The notes under the pieces: model-generated
Databases searched by the model: none
What the model saw: the letters and a program-made list of their open reading frames with translations, nothing else
What the model was told of the DNA's origin: nothing
Made by a program: the position numbers and the translations under genes
NCBI RefSeq assembly: GCF_018350175.1
Contig: NC_058368.1
Location: 6,510,001-6,574,000, forward strand
Origin: Felis catus
Lineage: Eukaryota
DNA: 64,000 nt
Direction: 5' to 3'
Part shown: positions 59,438 to 64,000 of the stretch, one piece after another
Layout: every line of letters begins with the position of its first letter
Position numbering within the stretch: position 1 is the stretch's first letter

Positions 59438-60845
59438 ACTATGCAGAGTCTAGTGTCATGGAGCAGGAAGCAGGGCTGTAGGGAGGCAGGGCATGAGTCT
59501 GAAGACTGGGTTGGGCGTGAAGGTCACCAAGGAGGCGTTGGGGGCGTTGTCCCTGGCTGCACAGCCTGCAGTCTCCGTCATGTGTGCTGTGATGTTTTCC
59601 CACCACCTGGCCAGGTCCCCCAGCTCAGTGTTGCTGGGGGATGGGCGCCAGTAAGGCTGGGTCAGGAGCCAGGAAGGAGAGCAGATGCCAGGGAGGCTCC
59701 TGTGGTAAGGAGGGCACTGGGTATGCTCCGGGGGTCAAGTAAGCTCGAAGAACCGGGAGCGTCAAATGTCAAGGCAGCGGAAGTCCACAGCCCAGACTGC
59801 TGAAGGTCGACATCCAGGGAAGAGACCCCGGAGCCTCTCATTTTCGGGCCAATATTCTCTGCACCGCTGGTGTATCTCACGGTGGGGTCGACCCTGTGAC
59901 CGCCAAGGTGCAGAGCCGGGCAGGGTCTGCTCCTGCCGGGGCCGAGCTGTAGGAAGCCGCGTGCACGCCCGCCGCCTCTCTGGGTCCCGCCCTGCTCGGG
60001 CGAGCCCTGCCGTGTTGGCCTCACAGTATCTTGGGCAGACGGCACTGTCAGAGACTTGCACACGTGACCCAGGGGAGGCGACAGGGCTTGGAGACTCCAG
60101 GGCTGATGGATTCTTTTTGTCGCCCAAGCAGGTCCACACCAAGTGTGGACACCTCGGCTCTGGAATCGAGATCTGAAAACCGGCAACAAGAGTGAGACCG
60201 AAAGCATGGTATGGACTTTAAGTATGGCCGGTGGGCAATCAGAAAGAGAGAAAATGCATGAGCATATTTGGAAATATAGTTTCCTTGCATTATGACAGAG
60301 GCACGTGAACCCCCAGCTCCGACAACAGGGGGGTCAGCTCTCTGGCTTTAACAAACTCAGATGAGCAGAGGCCAGGAGAGTAGAAATCCTGGGAATTAAA
60401 AACGCAAGAGTCAGCCACTCAAAAGCATCTCTCTAAACAGCTGGGTTTTAGCTGATTTTGTATATATTAGTATGTCTAGTTTCCATTTACTGTTGCTTGC
60501 ATAAAACATTGAGGCCTTTTTTTTTTTTCTTATGAAGGCTCTAAACTAATTTTCCGAAGACAATTCTAAAAGCCTTGTTCCCAAATGCTTAGGGGGAAAC
60601 TGCCGACCAAGGTAGTTATTTTGCAGAAAACAGGGTTCCTTTAGACACGTATTGTGGCCTAAGTAGATGTTAAGCACCGTGGAGCTGAGGGGTGCCATGA
60701 AGGGGCCCCCTGTCCTCTTAAAGCTCATTATTTGGTGAAGGGGCTGAGCATAAAGCAAATAAACACACAATAATTGCAATTGTGTACAAGTGCTATGAAG
60801 GATTTTTTTTTTAGAAGGGAAATTCTGTTAGAACAGAAGCTTGAG

Positions 60846-61022
60846 GTGGCTCCTGGGTGGCTCCGTGGGTTGAGTGTCCGACTTTGATTTCGGCTCAGGT
60901 CACGATCTCACGGCTCCTAGGATCAAGCTCTTTGCTAACAGTGGGGAGCCTGCGTGGGATCCTCTGTCTCCCTCTCTCTCTCTCTGCCCCTCCCCAGCTC
61001 GAGCTCTTAGCCTCCCTCTCAG
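60846..61022 (+). mobile_element. Can-SINE lacking an A tail
   Basis: ggctcctgggtggctc...ggctcaggtcacgatctcacgg followed by (CT)n. Confidence 0.88.
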
Positions 61023-64000
61023 AATGTCAGTAAAGCGAAGTCAACTCGACGCGGAGGCCGGTGTGGCCTGGCCTCTCGGTTGTGTGCTATGGTGGGAGCT
61101 CCTGCGTTTCTCTGGGCTTCTTTTTGGTCCATTCGCTCCCACACGCTGCGCTGGCTTCTGTGCTCCTTTGGGCCACTAGAACCAAGAAAACCCTTAGGTT
61201 GTCTGAGTGCTAGGTTTCGAGAGGGGTTAAAGGAAATGTCAACAGCCCTGTAGTGGCCCGGAGTTGCCAGGAGCCACTCAGCACTTGGCAGGGGGCTGGC
61301 GGCCACTGCCAGCTCTGGGCTCACAGGCACCCCAGGGAACAGGCACCCACTGCTCCCAACCCAGGCCCCGTCTCCAGCGGAACTCGGCCATGTTGATGTC
61401 GCCACTGAGTAGCTCCCCTCCACCTTACGGCTCTGACTCACTGCCACATCTCTGTGCTCTGTCCTCGCATCAGTGTCTCTGCGTCTTTTAAGATCCTGTG
61501 TTACAACATTCTAACTCTCCGGGACCCTCTGCCCTGCTTAGCCCTCACCGTGTATACAGGGTCAGTCTCGAGCAGAGCTTTCTGGGTCGAGTGCCCAGGG
61601 CCCCCTGCTACCGCCCGCTGTGCCTCTCTGTGAAATGGAAAAAGGTGCCCCTGCAGGGAAGACGATTACAAAGCGGACTGTCTCTGAGCGGATGAATTCA
61701 AAAAGGAGGCTCGGTCCCCAGGCTCTCGCACCTCTAGCCCGTGCATGGCTTTTTGCAGCTGAGCATGGCCTGGATCTCAGTGCCCATTGCCCTCTGGGGA
61801 TCGAGGCACGCCCGCACAGTCACTCTCGGTGGGCGTCTTGGGTCCCATCAGCCTGACTCTCCTGAGGGGTGGTCGGGTGGTGATACCTGCCCTCTGGGTA
61901 AGAGAGCTGTGGGCACAGCAGGGACCCGTCCTCCCAACTGGGCTGTGGACTCTGTGACCATGGGAACTGTCTGACCTTCAAGGTATCCTCCTCAAAGGAA
62001 GGGGGAATGAGCACCCTATGGACCCAGGGAGTACTGGATATAGTGTGACTCACCAATAAATTAATTAGCACCCTGTTTGGGGTTTTTGTTTTTGTTTTTT
62101 GTTTTTTGGGGGGTTTTTTTGTTTGTTTGTTTGTTTGTTTGTTTTGATTTGTTTTGTTTTTGCTGCAGTGGGAACGCATTTTCCATTCACCAGTAATGAA
62201 AAGAGGTATTCTTGTATTCTTTCCTCTTCCCCTGGGCTTTTGTTTTCAGAGTTGTGGGCTCCCCTGCCCTAGGGGACGTCACAGCTTTTCTGTTTCAGGC
62301 ACGGTGGGGTAGGTGGCCCCCCCCATCACCCTCGCCTCAAATGGGTTTGAAATAAGGGTTACACAGTCAAGGGGAGAAAGGTGAGGGTGTTTAGGAAAGG
62401 AGACAGGTTTTGTAAGGTCCAAGGGAGACAGAGGCTTGCCCTGTGCTTCTAGCAATGCCTGGGGAGCAGGACCCGGATGCTGGAGGCTACGGCACCATCG
62501 TCTTGGGAGCTGTGGTGAAGGTTCTTCCGCATGGCCAAGCGGGGGTGGGGGGAGGCGATCCCACCAGCAGAACTTTCCACTTCCAAATGGTGTGTGAAGG
62601 GCAAGACAGAAAACACAGACCACAGCGCACTGGGCCGGTGGCTGTGCTGCCGAAAGGAGACTGCATGCCGAGTTGCAGGTAGGTTGTTTGGGTTTATTTT
62701 AAACACACAGAGAATGCCTTCCTCTGGCAGCAACTGTAAACGTTTATAGCAACAGAAAAGCTAGAACCTAGAAGAGCTCTAAGCTGCAAGCAATCTATTT
62801 GTGTGTGTGTGTGTGTGGTCAGATGTTCACATAAATGTTTCCAAAGGTCAGTGCCTCTTCTTACTGTTTTGACTTTTAGACAAGGACAGATGGCTGGCAT
62901 TTGGGGTCATGTAGGTCCAAATTCATTTTAGAGTCAAGCGATTGACGCAGCTAAGTCTTTTCTAGGTGGGAAAAGACTGCAAGCCGCGAGCAAATTCTGA
63001 CACCCCTGCCCCGTTTTTCCTGCCTGAGCACTAGACCCCAGGGAGGGGGAGGGGTGCCATGACATAGCATGGGGAACCATGGCGGTCAGATGAAACCTGG
63101 CCCCACGTTGTCACTCACTCCCCCGCTTCAAGCGAGTGGTCACTTGAAGCCAACTATGGTTGGGTCTTTAAAAAAGAAATGGAGTATTTCCTGCCCCTAG
63201 GGGGTCATGGGGCAGTTTGTATCTGCCGCACCTGCCTCTCCACCACTGGCTCCTGGGTCCACACAGCATCGTGGTTTGCCTGAACCGCTTCCAAGAGCTC
63301 CCTTGCCAAGCCAGACATCCACACGGTGCCCATTCTCCACACTGTGGCCAGAGGGAACTTTTCAAGTTCACATGCAGTCATCTCACTAGACCCAATCTAT
63401 TGGGAGCCCAATAGTGTTCCAATCTATTATCCTTTTCCATGGCTTCCCATGGATCTGGGCATGAGGACCCAAACGCATAACGGGGCTTACAGGACCCCGC
63501 AAACCTGCCTCATTTTGCTCCATAACCTACTTCGTTCTCAGAGCTCCATCCATCATTCTCTTCCTTTCTCTAGAAAACACCAGAACTTCTCCCATCTTGA
63601 GCCATTTGCACGCACCATCCCTCTCCACGAATGCCTTCCCCACCCGTCTAATGCCCATTCCTCCTTCAGCCCTCTGGTCTAGCCCCACCTCCCTGGGCAG
63701 CCTTTCTGAACCTCCTGGACGGGGTCACACCCTGTTTTTATCCATGACTCGTGCGAGATGTACCTCTGCTTTACTCATGCGTCACAGCCATGAGTGTGCA
63801 TCGGGGATATGGTTTCATTAATGTCCTTCCCCCACAGACTCTGAATGCCACATAGGCAGGGACCTCGGTGAGCATTCAGAGCTCTATTTTTTGCTCACTG
63901 CCGCATCTTCAATGCCTTGTGCTGTGGCTAGAATAAGTAGGTCTTCTATACCTTGTCGGAGGAATGAATGAGCATAGAACCACCGGGCATTTATCAACAG

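Noticed and set aside
60670..60690. RE1/REST-like site TTAAGCACCGTGGAGCTG
   Set aside because: Only the left half matches and the GGACAGCGCC half is missing.
1..64000. CRISPR array, true tRNA/rRNA genes, or exons of the neighbouring genes WASF3/USP12
   Set aside because: No exact repeat-spacer array was seen, tRNA-like A/B boxes all belong to SINE heads, and no recognisable exons of the neighbours were found.

Overview
Mammalian genomic DNA, almost certainly from a felid: about 40 carnivore tRNA-derived Can-SINEs of cat type and a feline L1 3' end. It holds one protein-coding gene, GPR12 (class A orphan GPCR of the GPR3/6/12 group). The CDS is single-exon on the minus strand (33172-34176, 334 aa), with a 5'UTR intron, a CpG-island promoter at about 34.3-35.6 kb and a long 3'UTR. 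The rest is intergenic: SINEs, L1 fragments, MaLR/ERVL LTRs, MER DNA transposons and simple repeats. All other ORFs in the track look like repeat, antisense or GC artefacts. The most unusual signal is a set of 0.6-0.8 kb non-coding patches with no recognisable transposon and little CpG depletion, at about 11.0, 15.2, 19.3, 28.7, 38.0, 46.1 and 55.0 kb. Several cut abruptly into flanking transposons and show degenerate internal self-similarity at 150-200 bp spacing. That periodicity is reasonably supported at 15.2-15.8 kb and 38.0-38.8 kb and only suggestive elsewhere. The patches could be a cryptic decayed repeat-array family, foreign or substituted sequence, or chance. All alignments were made by eye, and repeat boundaries and subfamily names are approximate.
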